Of a stretch of DNA of 63,630 nt, positions 1 through 10,325 are shown one piece after another. Each line of letters starts with the position of its first letter. Position 1 is the stretch's first letter. The stretch comes from an uncultured Clostridia bacterium (GTDB lineage Bacteria > Bacillota > Clostridia > TANB77 > CAG-508): contig CANRPI010000003.1 of the NCBI GenBank assembly GCA_947632475.1, positions 1 through 63,630 on the forward strand, read 5' to 3'. The position numbers and the translations under genes are program-made. Under the pieces are notes generated by a model, which saw nothing but the letters and a program-made list of their open reading frames with translations, searched no databases and was not told the origin of the DNA.

Positions 1-134
1 GTGATGTCTATTTTTTTCTTGAAAAATTTTTTTGTTTTTTTTCAAAAAATGCTTGACTTTTTATAGTTGGTCTTTCTCAGGTACAAATCTGTTTAAAAAC
101 ATTTATGATTATTTTTAAACTTTTATTTTCCTTT

Positions 135-1691
135 TTATTTCTTGTGTGTTTTATTTACTTTTTTATATTTTTTCTCTTCTTTTTTTGGTTGTTCTTTTGG
201 TTGTTTTTGTGTCTTTCTCATAGCTTTTTTATCTGCCTCTTTTATTGATGCTATTCTGTCACTATATTTATTAACAAATTTGCTTTTTCTTTTTCCATGT
301 TTATCGTCAGTTTCTTTTGGCTTTTTATTATTTTTTTGAGATTTTTTCTTTAATTTGTTTATTCTTTTATCTTCTCTTAATTTTGTATTTAACATTAAAT
401 ATTCTGGGTCATTTTGTTTATCTTGATATTTTAAGTCATCACATATAAGTTCTATAACTGATGCTGCAACTTTGTTTGCATCATGTCTTATTCTGTTATC
501 TTTTATCATTGATAAGTTTCTTTGTAAAAATTTAATTCCTTTTACTTTGTCTATATCTTGATAAACTAGGTCTTGTCCTTCCATATTGTATCTTTTTATA
601 AATTCTGGAACTATTTCTCCTGTATCATAAATACAGTAATCTACTACTCCTGCTCCACAATGCTCTATTATTGCATTTAAATGGTCTGATACACTATAAT
701 TGTCTGTTTGCCCAGGATCTGTCATTATATTGCTTACATATACTTTTATTGCTGAACTTTCTTTTATTGCTTTTGTTACTCCACTAACTAAAAGGTTTGG
801 TATAACATTTGTATATAAACTTCCTGGTCCTATTATAATACATTCTGCATTTTTTATTGTTTCTATTACTCCTGGCGCTGGTTTACAGTTTGAAGGACTA
901 AGCATAATTCTATTTATTTTTGTAATTTTGTCTGATACAACTTCTGGTATTCTAGATTTTTCTTTTACAACATAACCATTTGCAAGTTCTGCTACTATAT
1001 TCATTTCATCTAAAGTTACTGGCATAACTTTTCCTACCATATTGATTATTTCTGAAGATTTCATAACTGAATCTGCAAAATCTCTGTTTATTTCTTTCAT
1101 GGCTGAAAAAAATATGTCTGAAAATTTTAATCCATTAAGCCTTCCTCTTGTAAATTCATAATTAAATAATTTGCTGGTTTCTTCTTCTTTGTTTGATAGT
1201 GCAATTATACTGTCTTTTATATCATCTAATGGTAATAAGTCTAAATCCTTTCTAGATTCTGTTATTCTTTCTCCATAATCTGAAACTGTAACTATTGCTG
1301 TTAGATTACTTGTATAATTTTTTAAGCCTTCTAATACTGTATTTAGTCCGCTTCCTCCACCTATTACTACAATGTTTGGACCTTTGTCATATATTGTTCT
1401 GTTATATATTAATGATTTAACATTAACATTCTTTTTGTTTTCCATTCTTTCGTCAGTTGCTTCTATCATTAATTCTAATGTTCTTCTATTTATTGAAATT
1501 AACCCTAAAACTATTGCTACAAATCCAATTACAAATATTACTATAACCTTACCTACTTCTTGAAATGATATTTCATCCATTACAAGTATTTCTGCTAGCC
1601 CATAACAAGCAAGCATAATTCCTATTAATATTAGGAAAATCCACCTTTTCATTTTACTACTAGATTTAAACCAGTGCATGAATCCCTTCAT
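135..1691 (-). CDS. yvcK: YvcK/CofD-like (UPF0052) protein with N-terminal membrane segments and Lys-rich tail
   Basis: GPNIVVIGGGSGL, VTVSDYG and IIIGPGSLYTNVIPNLLV motifs. Confidence 0.85.
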   Translation of the reverse strand: MKGFMHWFKSSSKMKRWIFLILIGIMLACYGLAEILVMDEISFQEVGKVIVIFVIGFVAIVLGLISINRRTLELMIEATDERMENKKNVNVKSLIYNRTIYDKGPNIVVIGGGSGLNTVLEGLKNYTSNLTAIVTVSDYGERITESRKDLDLLPLDDIKDSIIALSNKEEETSKLFNYEFTRGRLNGLKFSDIFFSAMKEINRDFADSVMKSSEIINMVGKVMPVTLDEMNIVAELANGYVVKEKSRIPEVVSDKITKINRIMLSPSNCKPAPGVIETIKNAECIIIGPGSLYTNVIPNLLVSGVTKAIKESSAIKVYVSNIMTDPGQTDNYSVSDHLNAIIEHCGAGVVDYCIYDTGEIVPEFIKRYNMEGQDLVYQDIDKVKGIKFLQRNLSMIKDNRIRHDANKVAASVIELICDDLKYQDKQNDPEYLMLNTKLREDKRINKLKKKSQKNNKKPKETDDKHGKRKSKFVNKYSDRIASIKEADKKAMRKTQKQPKEQPKKEEKKYKKVNKTHKK

Positions 1692-1705
1692 TTTTTACAT
1701 CCTTT

Positions 1706-2669
1706 CTAAGCTTCGTTATTATTTCCTAAAATTTCTATTTCTAATTCTATTTCTTTTGCAAATTTTTCTTTTATTATTTTTTTTGTGTATTTTATTAATT
1801 CTAAAACATCTTTGGCTGTTGCATCACTTTCATTTATTATAAATCCACTATGTTTAGTTGAAATTTGAGCTCCCCCAATTTTATATCCTTTTAACCCCGC
1901 TTCTTCTATTAGTTTTGCTGTTATAAAATCTTCTCCTCTTTTAAATGTGCTTCCAGCACTTGGATATTCTATTGGTTGTTTTTCTTGCCTTAAATTTGCA
2001 TATTGTTTCATTTTTTCACTTATTTCATTGTTTTTTCCTCTGTTTAGTTCTAATTTTAGTTTTGAGCCGAGTTATTATATATTTTTGTTCTTTTAGTATA
2101 CTATTTCTATACCCAAATTTTAATTGTTCATTTGTGAATTTTTTTTCTGTTCCATTATAGTCTATTGCTGTAACTTCTAGGACTACATCTTTCATTTCTT
2201 TTCCATATGCTCCTGCATTTATTCTAATAGCCCCTCCTATTGTTCCTGGAATTCCTGATAATTCTTCAAATCCTGATAAGTTTTGTTTTAACAACTTTTG
2301 TGCTATTGTGCCAATTTTTTCTCCTGCGCCAACTGTTACTATTTCATCTTCTACTTCAAATTTTTTTAAATTTATTTGTAATACTATTCCTTTTATTCCT
2401 TCATCTAATACTAAAATATTGCTTCCATTTCCTATTATTGTTATTGGTATTTGATAACTTTTTGCTAATTTTAATATGTTTTTTAGGTCTTCAAAATTTT
2501 CAATTTTTATAAAAACTTCTGCAGGACCACCTATTTTGAATGTAGTATGTTTTTTCATTGGCTCATTATATAAAATTTTTTGTTTTTCTATTGCTGAATT
2601 TTTTTCTAATATTTCTTTTATTGGTATATTTGAATTATTTAGATTTTTTTCAGATTGCAAAGACTTCAC
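1706..2669 (-). CDS. murB: UDP-N-acetylenolpyruvoylglucosamine reductase, split by a +1 frameshift at CGG 2067-2069
   Basis: HTTFKIGGPA, GNGSNIL and GIPGTIGGAIRINAGAYG in ORF 2025-2669; QPIEYPSAGSTFKR and HSGFIIN in ORF 1706-2011; frames join by skipping one base at ACT-CGG-C. Start may be TTG at 2660. Confidence 0.9.
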
Positions 2670-2687
2670 TTCCTTTATTGCTTTTTT

Positions 2688-3938
2688 CTAAAATATTCTT
2701 AATATATCATTATAAGTAACATATAATGAAAGTGCTATTAATATTGAAAATCCTATTAGCTGAATATTTATTTCTGTTTTTTCATCTAATGGCTTTCTTC
2801 TAATTAGTTCTATTAATAAAATTAATATTTTTCCACCATCTAATGCTGGTATTGGTAAAAGGTTTGTTACTCCTAATGATAGTGATATAAGTGCCATCAT
2901 AGAAATAAATTCTCTTATTCCATTTGTTTTTGCAACTACTTCTGATATTCCAACTGGTCCCATCATTTGGTCTACACCAACATTTCCAGTAAATAGTTGT
3001 TTTAAGTTGTCTATTATTGAAATTAGAAATGTTTTTGTTTCTAATGCTCCATTTATACATCTATTTAAAAATGTGTCTTCTGCTCTTTTTAAGCTTATTC
3101 CTAAATAATAACTGCTTTCATAGTTTGGAGTTAGTTCTATTTCTAATTCTTCTTTTCCTCTTTTTAGTGTTAATTTAATTGTTTCTTGTTCTTTTGAATT
3201 TACTAATTCTATTATTTTGTTTGTGTCTTTATTTACTTCTTCTCCATTTACTTTTATTATTTGGTCATTTGTTTTTATTCCTTGCTTTTCTGCAGGACTT
3301 TCCTTATCTATTGCTACTATTTTTCCTTCTTCATTTAGGTATATTCCTGTAACTTTGTTTTTTACTTCGGTTGGCTTTACTGTATATTCTAAGTTTTCTT
3401 CATTTCTTTGAATTTCTACTTTTAATTCTTTTCCATCTATTTTGTCCATTACTTTGTCTAAATCATATTTGCTTGATATTTTTTTATCGTTTATTTTTAT
3501 AATTTTATCTCCATCTATTATTCCTGCACCTTCAGCTGCATATCCTTCTACTACATTTTCAATTTCATTAGATAGATATGTACCTGAAGTTGCTGTTAAT
3601 GTAAAATATACAACTATTGCAAATATGATATTTACAGTTGCCCCTGCAACTACTATTGCAATTCTTTTGGGTATACTTGCTTTTGAAAATGAACCACTAT
3701 CTTCTGACCTTTCTTCTTCTCCTTCCATACTTACAAAGCCACCTAATGGAATTAACCTAAGTGCATATTTTGTTTCTTTTCCTTGCTTTTTCCATATAGT
3801 AGGTCCAAAGCCTATTGCAAATTCATTTACTTTTACTTTGCATAGTTTTGCTACTGTAAAATGTCCTAATTCATGTATCAAAATTAGAAATCCTAGTAAA
3901 ATTATTATTTTTACTGCTGATATTATAAATGTAATCAA
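2688..3938 (-). CDS. rseP: RIP metalloprotease RseP with two PDZ domains
   Basis: HELGH, FAIGFGP and NLLPIPALDGG motifs. Confidence 0.93.
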   Translation of the reverse strand: MITFIISAVKIIILLGFLILIHELGHFTVAKLCKVKVNEFAIGFGPTIWKKQGKETKYALRLIPLGGFVSMEGEEERSEDSGSFSKASIPKRIAIVVAGATVNIIFAIVVYFTLTATSGTYLSNEIENVVEGYAAEGAGIIDGDKIIKINDKKISSKYDLDKVMDKIDGKELKVEIQRNEENLEYTVKPTEVKNKVTGIYLNEEGKIVAIDKESPAEKQGIKTNDQIIKVNGEEVNKDTNKIIELVNSKEQETIKLTLKRGKEELEIELTPNYESSYYLGISLKRAEDTFLNRCINGALETKTFLISIIDNLKQLFTGNVGVDQMMGPVGISEVVAKTNGIREFISMMALISLSLGVTNLLPIPALDGGKILILLIELIRRKPLDEKTEINIQLIGFSILIALSLYVTYNDILRIF

Positions 3939-3967
3939 TTTTTCCTCCTTATAAAATGAGAAATTAC

Positions 3968-4774
3968 CTAAAATATGTATGTAAATAATAAATAAGCAAA
4001 TGGTGCTGTAAATATTAAACTGTCTATTCTATCTAACATTCCGCCATGTCCTGGTATTAAGTTACTAAAGTCTTTTATATCTACAAATCTTTTTATACTA
4101 GATGCTGCAAAATCTCCTATTTGACTTATTATGCTTAAAATTATAGTAGTAACTGTAATTCCAATGTATGAATAATCCATATTTAATTTTATATTTATTA
4201 CATATGTGTATATTAGTACTACTACTATTGCGCCAATTATTCCTCCTATACATCCTTCAATTGTTTTTTTAGGGCTTATTTTATTAAATTTGTGTTTTCC
4301 AATGCTTCTTCCTACTACATAAGCAAATATGTCTGTTCCCCATGATGCAAATATTACATACCAAATTAGTATTTTTCCATCTTTCATTCCATTTATTAGT
4401 GCTAAAAACATTATAAAAAATACTACATAAAATATTCCTAAAAATGTATATGCTATGTCTTTAAAACTTGTTCTCATTTCTGTTGCAATTATTTGTATAA
4501 ATAATATTAATAAAGTGGTTGGCACTGAAAATACTAATACTGTACTTAAGTATTGTTTTGGTATTATATGTAGAAATGAAATTAAAAAACATGATAAGTA
4601 ACTTACCCATTTTACTGGGTTTGATACTTTTGTTGCTGCATTTAAGTATTCATTCATACTAATTAATGCTATAATTGTTAATGCAATATCTACTAATATT
4701 TTATTTCCAATAAGTATAACTATGACTACTAATGGAAATCCTAGTAGTGATGAGGTAACTCTTTTTACATCCAT
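3968..4774 (-). CDS. cdsA: phosphatidate cytidylyltransferase
   Basis: ISPKKTIEG and KDFSNLIPGHGGMLDRIDS; synteny. Confidence 0.93.
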   Translation of the reverse strand: MDVKRVTSSLLGFPLVVIVILIGNKILVDIALTIIALISMNEYLNAATKVSNPVKWVSYLSCFLISFLHIIPKQYLSTVLVFSVPTTLLILFIQIIATEMRTSFKDIAYTFLGIFYVVFFIMFLALINGMKDGKILIWYVIFASWGTDIFAYVVGRSIGKHKFNKISPKKTIEGCIGGIIGAIVVVLIYTYVINIKLNMDYSYIGITVTTIILSIISQIGDFAASSIKRFVDIKDFSNLIPGHGGMLDRIDSLIFTAPFAYLLFTYIF

Positions 4775-4832
4775 AATTTTTCCTTTCGTTTTTTATTATT
4801 GTATTTTTATTGTTCGTTTATTGCTATTTTTG

Positions 4833-5570
4833 TTAGTTTGCTCCAAATTTTCGTGTCCTTTTTTGGTATTCTATTATTGCTTTGTCTAAATCTTCTTCTT
4901 CAAAGTCTGGCCAATTTTTGTCTATAAATAGAAATTCTGAATATACTAATTGCCATGGTAAAAAGTTACTTAGTCTTAGTTCTCCACTTGTTCTTATTAA
5001 TAAGTCTGGGTCTGGTTGTCCTTGGGTATATAAGTTATTTGATATTAATTCTTCTGTTATGTTTTCTATTTCTAAATTTCCATCTTTTACTTCTTTTGCT
5101 ATGTTTTTAACTGCTTTTAGTATTTCATCTCTTCCACCATAATTTAAAGCAATATTAAATGTTACTCCTGTATTGTCTTTTGTTCTTTCCATACATCTTT
5201 TTATGCTTTTTTGCATTCCTTCTGATAGAACTGATATGTCTCCTAATATTTTTACTTTTATATTTTCTGTGTCTGCTCTTTTGCTATAATCGTCTAAGTA
5301 ATTTTGTAATAATGTCATTAATGCTTTTACTTCTTCTTCTGCTCTTTTCCAATTTTCAGTTGAAAATGCATATACTGTTATGTATTCTAGTCCTATTTTG
5401 TTTGCATATCTAACAATTTTTTCTAATGTTTTTGCCCCTTCTTTATGTCCAAAGCCTGCTGGTTTTCCTTTTGCTCTTGCCCATCTTCTGTTTCCATCCA
5501 TTATTATTGCTATATGCTTTGGCATAAATTGTTTATCAAATTCCATTTTATATAATCCTTTCCTATGCAC
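4833..5570 (-). CDS. uppS: undecaprenyl diphosphate synthase (start probably about 8 codons downstream, MEFDKQ)
   Basis: HIAIIMDGNRRWA, YAFSTENWKR, RTSGELRLSNFLPWQ. Confidence 0.95.
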   Translation of the reverse strand: MHRKGLYKMEFDKQFMPKHIAIIMDGNRRWARAKGKPAGFGHKEGAKTLEKIVRYANKIGLEYITVYAFSTENWKRAEEEVKALMTLLQNYLDDYSKRADTENIKVKILGDISVLSEGMQKSIKRCMERTKDNTGVTFNIALNYGGRDEILKAVKNIAKEVKDGNLEIENITEELISNNLYTQGQPDPDLLIRTSGELRLSNFLPWQLVYSEFLFIDKNWPDFEEEDLDKAIIEYQKRTRKFGAN

Positions 5571-5602
5571 AAATTTTAATTAATAATTCCTGTTATTAAA
5601 TA

Positions 5603-6532
5603 TTATTTGTTTCTATTTTTTATGTATAAAGCAAGTTGTCTTAAAAATTCTGCCTTTTCACCATATTCTTCTAAGTTTTCTATTGCTTCTTTTGTTATTT
5701 TTTCTAGAATTTGCTTTGCTTCATCTAATCCATATTTTGATACATATGTGCATTTTTTTAGTTCTTTGTCATTTCCAACTGGCTTTCCAAGTATTTTTTC
5801 GTCTCCTTCTTCTGATAGTATGTCATCTTTTATTTGAAATGCTAATCCAATTTTTTCTGCATATATGCTTAGTTTTTCTAATTCGCTTTTTGTGCAGTTT
5901 GCAAGTATTGCTCCCATTCTTACTGATAATTTTAGCAATGCTCCTGTTTTGTTTTTATGCATATATTCTAGATATTCTTCTGCAATTTGCTTGCCTTCAT
6001 ATTCTGTGTCTACATATTCTCCTGCTATCATTCTATCTACTGCTTTTGTGAATTCATTGAATACTTTTACTTTTCTTGATAATTCTTCTATGTATTCTTG
6101 TTTTTTGGTTTCTTCTGCTTTTTCTATTTTTTTGGCTTGCTTTTGTATGTCTTCACTTATTACAATGTATGCATTGTTTAATAAGCCATCTCCTGCAAGT
6201 ATTGCTGTTGCTTCGTTGAATTGCTTATGATTTGTTGGCTTTCCATGCCTAAAATCGTCATTGTCTATTCCTGGTAAGTCATCATGTATTAATGAAAAGT
6301 TGTGTATCATTTCTAATGCTATTGCATATGGCATGCAGTTTTCTATGTCTTGTTTAAAAATCTGATATGTTGCTACTACTAGTATTGGTCTTAGTCTTTT
6401 TCCCCCTGCCATTAGACTATACTGCATTGATTCGTTTAATGTTTTTTCTGGTACTTGTTCTTTTCTTGTGTATTTTTCAAGTTCATTGTTTATCATTTGT
6501 TGGTATTTTTTTAGTTGTTCTTTAAATTCCAC
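5603..6532 (-). CDS. ispA: farnesyl/geranylgeranyl diphosphate synthase
   Basis: GGKRLRP, SLIHDDLPGIDNDDFRHGKPTNH, FQIKDD. Confidence 0.9.
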   Translation of the reverse strand: MEFKEQLKKYQQMINNELEKYTRKEQVPEKTLNESMQYSLMAGGKRLRPILVVATYQIFKQDIENCMPYAIALEMIHNFSLIHDDLPGIDNDDFRHGKPTNHKQFNEATAILAGDGLLNNAYIVISEDIQKQAKKIEKAEETKKQEYIEELSRKVKVFNEFTKAVDRMIAGEYVDTEYEGKQIAEEYLEYMHKNKTGALLKLSVRMGAILANCTKSELEKLSIYAEKIGLAFQIKDDILSEEGDEKILGKPVGNDKELKKCTYVSKYGLDEAKQILEKITKEAIENLEEYGEKAEFLRQLALYIKNRNK

Positions 6533-6582
6533 TCTTATAGCCCCTTTTCTATTTTATTCTATTCTTAGGCTTTTATTTGCTT

Positions 6583-7131
6583 TTATACTGTCATTATTTC
6601 TTTTTCTTTTGTTTCTAATATTTTATCTATTTCTTCTATGTTTTTGTCTGTTATTTTTTGTATTTCATTTTCTGCTTGCTTTAATTCGTCTTCTGTTATT
6701 GTTCCTTCTTTTTGTTCTGCTTTTGCTTGGTCTATTCCTTCTCTTCTTATGTTTCTTATTGATACTTTCGCGTCTTCTGCCATTTTCTTTATGTCTTTTA
6801 CTAATTCTTTTCTTCTCTCTTCATTTAATTCTGGAAATGCTAGTCTTATTACTTTTCCATCATTATTTGGATTTAGTCCTATGTCTGAACTAAGTATGGC
6901 TTTTTCTATGTCTTTTAATATGCTTAAATCCCATGGTTGTATAACTATTAGTCTTGCTTCCGGAACTGATACTCCTGCTACTTGATTTATTGGTGTTGGT
7001 GTTCCATAATAATCAATTTTTACTTTGTTTAGTACAGCTGGATTTGCTCTTCCTGCTCTTACTTCTGCAAGCCTTTCACTATATACACTTATTGCTTTTT
7101 CCATTTTGTCTTTTAAATTTGTATAATCCAT
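6583..7131 (-). CDS. frr: ribosome recycling factor
   Basis: [32 protein letters not shown]. Confidence 0.96.
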   Translation of the reverse strand: MDYTNLKDKMEKAISVYSERLAEVRAGRANPAVLNKVKIDYYGTPTPINQVAGVSVPEARLIVIQPWDLSILKDIEKAILSSDIGLNPNNDGKVIRLAFPELNEERRKELVKDIKKMAEDAKVSIRNIRREGIDQAKAEQKEGTITEDELKQAENEIQKITDKNIEEIDKILETKEKEIMTV

Positions 7132-7250
7132 TTTTTTCTCCTCCTAATTTTTATTATAAATTTTTCTTTTATAATAATTAATTTTCTATGCCATATTTTA
7201 TCATAGATATTAAAAAAATGATAGAGTTTTCTATCATTTTTTTATTGTTT

Positions 7251-7973
7251 TTAGTTGTTTGATACTATTGTACCTACATTTTCACCTTTAACTGCTCTAA
7301 CAATATTTTCTGGGTCTGAAATTCCAAATACTAAAAGAGGCATATTGTTGTCTCTACATAAGGCAGTTGCAGTTGAATCCATAACTTTTAAATCTTTTTC
7401 TAAAACTTCTGAATAGGTAATTTTATCATATCTGATGGCATCTTTAACTACAAGTGGATCAGCAGAATAAACTGCATCAATAGATTTTCCAAGTAAAATA
7501 ACGTCTGCTTTTATTTCAGTAGCTCTAAGAACTGCAGCAGTATCGGTTGTAAAATATGGATGTCCTGTACCACATGCAAATATTACAACTCTACCTCTAT
7601 TAAGATGTTTTTCAGCTTTCCTTTGAATAAAAGGTTCTGCAATTTCTCTCATTTCTATTGCTGTTTGTACTCTTGAGTATATACCTCTTGCTTCTAATGC
7701 ATCTTGCAAAGCTAATGCATTCATTGCAGTTGCAAGTATTCCCATGTAATCGGCAGTTGTTCTTTCCATTTGGTGTCCATTTTTTCCTCTCCAAAAGTTT
7801 CCTCCTCCTACTACTATTGCTACTTGTACTCCCATTTCTACTACTTCTTTAATTTTGTCACATATTTTTCCTACTGTTTCTACATCTACTCCTTGCTTTT
7901 TATCTCCTGCTAATACTTCTCCACTTAATTTTATAAGTACTCTTTTATATTTTGTTTCTGACAATTTTCTCAC
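7251..7973 (-). CDS. pyrH: UMP kinase
   Basis: [28 protein letters not shown]. Confidence 0.96.
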   Translation of the reverse strand: MRKLSETKYKRVLIKLSGEVLAGDKKQGVDVETVGKICDKIKEVVEMGVQVAIVVGGGNFWRGKNGHQMERTTADYMGILATAMNALALQDALEARGIYSRVQTAIEMREIAEPFIQRKAEKHLNRGRVVIFACGTGHPYFTTDTAAVLRATEIKADVILLGKSIDAVYSADPLVVKDAIRYDKITYSEVLEKDLKVMDSTATALCRDNNMPLLVFGISDPENIVRAVKGENVGTIVSNN

Positions 7974-8070
7974 ATCCCCTTACTTTTATTTTGATTATTT
8001 TATCATAAATAAAAATAAAATGATAGGGTTTTCTATCATTTTAAAAATAAAATTTTGTAATGTTCACTTG

Positions 8071-8123
8071 AAAAAAAAAGAAAACTCACATCTGTACTTT
8101 GGCTAGTGTATTTGTGAGTTTTC
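8071..8123 (-). terminator. intrinsic terminator-like hairpin with U9 tract
   Basis: GAAAACTCACA (8080-8090) pairs with TGTGAGTTTTC (8113-8123); run of 9 A on + at 8071-8079. Confidence 0.65.
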
Positions 8124-8174
8124 ATACATATATCTAGGCAAAACTACATTTGTAGTTTCTCATTTTCTATCTTT

Positions 8175-8203
8175 ATTATACACAAATTTTAAGAATTTGT
8201 CAA
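8175..8203 (-). promoter_or_regulatory. consensus sigA promoter
   Basis: TTGACA-17 bp-TATAAT with extended -10 TG, on - strand. Confidence 0.8.
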
Positions 8204-8207
8204 ACAA

Positions 8208-9086
8208 TCATTTTAATTGTTTCATTACTTCTTCTGCAAAGTTTTCTTCTTTCTTTTCGATTCCTTCACCTTTTTCAAATCTTTCAAAACTTACAACTTC
8301 GCTATTTGTTTTCTTTAATAATTCAGATACTTTTATGTTTGGGTCTTTAACAAATGCTTGATCTACTAAGCATATTTCACTAAAGAATTTTCCTATTCTT
8401 CCTTGAACTATTTTATCTGCAATTGCTTCTGGTTTACCTTCATTCATTGTTTGTGCTTTTAATATTTCTTTTTCTTTTTCAATTCTTTCTTGTGGTACTG
8501 ATGCTTCATTTAAGTATTCTGGTCTTGCAGCTGCTATTTGCATACAAATATCTTTTGCAAGTTCGCTGTTTGCATTTTTCATGCTAACTAATACTGCTAT
8601 TTTTCCTTCACCATGTATATATTTTTCTACTAATCCTTCTGATTCAAATCTTGCAAATCTTCTTATATTCATGTTTTCACCAATTGTAGCTATTTTTTCT
8701 ACTAAAACTTCTTGAACTGTTTTTCCAGCTTGTTCAATTGATTCTTGTGCTAATAGTTCTTCTACATCTTTTGGATTTTTTTCTACAACTTGTTTTGCTA
8801 TGTTTGTAACAAATTCTTTAAATTCATCATTTTTAGCTACAAAGTCTGTTTCAGAGTTTACTTCTACTATTGCTCCTATTTTTCCGTCTTCTGAAATATA
8901 ACCATCTACTAAACCTTCTGCTGCAACTCTTCCTGATTTTTTAGTTGCTTTTGCTATTCCTCTTTCACGTAATAATTCAATTGCTTTTTCCATGTCTCCA
9001 TTAGCTTCTGTTAAAACTTTTTTGCAGTCCATCATTCCTGCTCCTGTTTTTTCTCTTAAATCTTTTACTTGACTTGCTGTTATCAT
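8208..9086 (-). CDS. tsf: elongation factor Ts
   Basis: LREKTGAGMMDCKK, EVNSETDFVAKN. Confidence 0.97.
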   Translation of the reverse strand: MITASQVKDLREKTGAGMMDCKKVLTEANGDMEKAIELLRERGIAKATKKSGRVAAEGLVDGYISEDGKIGAIVEVNSETDFVAKNDEFKEFVTNIAKQVVEKNPKDVEELLAQESIEQAGKTVQEVLVEKIATIGENMNIRRFARFESEGLVEKYIHGEGKIAVLVSMKNANSELAKDICMQIAAARPEYLNEASVPQERIEKEKEILKAQTMNEGKPEAIADKIVQGRIGKFFSEICLVDQAFVKDPNIKVSELLKKTNSEVVSFERFEKGEGIEKKEENFAEEVMKQLK

Positions 9087-9182
9087 TATTTTTTCCTCCT
9101 TTTATTTATAAAAGAGGCTATTCTTTTGCATGTTAATACTTTTTATTTTTTGCTAAAAGAATAGTCTCCTTTCTTAATTTAT

Positions 9183-9977
9183 TTATTCTTGTGTAGCTTC
9201 TTCTTCATTAGATGCTACTACTTCTTCAATGCTTGTTGCTTCTTCTACTTCAGCTGTTTCAGCTTCTTCTGCTGTACTATCAGCTTCAAAGCTTTCTCCT
9301 TGTTTTCCTTCTATAACTGCATTTGCCATAACGTCTGCAATTAATTTTACAGCTCTTATAGCATCGTCATTTCCTGGAATTGGGTAATCTACTTCTTCTG
9401 GATTGCAGTTTGTGTCTACTAATCCTACTACTGGAATTCCTAATTTTTTAGCTTCTAATATAGCTATTCTTTCTTTTTTAGGGTCTACTAAGAATATTAC
9501 TCCTGGTAATTCTTTCATTTCTTTGATTCCACCAAGATTTTTTTCTAGTTTTTCCATCTCTTTTTTTAGTAAGATTACTTCTTTTTTTGGTAGTACATCA
9601 AATGTACCATCTTCTTGCATTGTTTCTAAGTCTTTTAGTCTTTGTATTCTTTTTTGTATTGTTCCAAAGTTTGTTAGCATTCCTCCTAACCATCTTTGGT
9701 CAACATAGTACATTCCACATTTTATTGCTGCTTCTTTCATGCATTCTTGTGCTTGTTTTTTTGTTCCTACAAATAGAACTGTTTTTCCTTCTTCTGCTTG
9801 TTCTTTGATAAAGCTATATGCTTCATCTAATTTTTTTGATGTTTTTTGTAAGTCGATGATGTGTATTCCATTTCTGGCTTGGAATATGTATTCTGCCATT
9901 TTTGGATCCCATCTTCTTGTTTGATGTCCAAAGTGAACACCTGCTTCTAGTAATTGTTTCATTGCAACTACTGACAT
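9183..9977 (-). CDS. rpsB: 30S ribosomal protein S2
   Basis: [25 protein letters not shown]. Confidence 0.98.
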   Translation of the reverse strand: MSVVAMKQLLEAGVHFGHQTRRWDPKMAEYIFQARNGIHIIDLQKTSKKLDEAYSFIKEQAEEGKTVLFVGTKKQAQECMKEAAIKCGMYYVDQRWLGGMLTNFGTIQKRIQRLKDLETMQEDGTFDVLPKKEVILLKKEMEKLEKNLGGIKEMKELPGVIFLVDPKKERIAILEAKKLGIPVVGLVDTNCNPEEVDYPIPGNDDAIRAVKLIADVMANAVIEGKQGESFEADSTAEEAETAEVEEATSIEEVVASNEEEATQE

Positions 9978-10125
9978 TTTTATTCCTCCCTTTTTTGTTA
10001 TTCTTCCACAAAGTTCGTTGTTTCTTTGGACTTAAAACTCTTTTGCTTTAAGCACTTCCTTTGAAACTCCCTTTTGTGTGTTATTTTACGTGTAATATTA
10101 TATCAGCTTTTTTTACTAATTGCAA
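9978..10125 (-). promoter_or_regulatory. rpsB sigA promoter and structured 5' leader (probable S2 autoregulatory leader)
   Basis: TTGCAA (10125-10120)-17 bp-TATAAT (10102-10097); about 110 nt leader before rpsB. Confidence 0.55.
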
Positions 10126-10234
10126 GTGTTTTTTTTCAAATTTTTCCAATATAAAAAAATTTGCATTTAATCAGTAATTAGAAGTTACTTTTTCTAATTT
10201 GATTTTTCTTTTTCATTTCACCTAAAAAAAATTT

Positions 10235-10283
10235 GTTACTAGTTAGTTAAAAAGAGATAATCTCCTTTTTACTAACTAGTAAC
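10235..10283 (-). terminator. long hairpin after the pil/ROK operon
   Basis: GTTACTAGTTAGT...ACTAACTAGTAAC inverted repeat. Confidence 0.6.
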
Positions 10284-10325
10284 TATAGAGGTATTCCATG
10301 GTACACCCAATGGACAAGTATTAAT

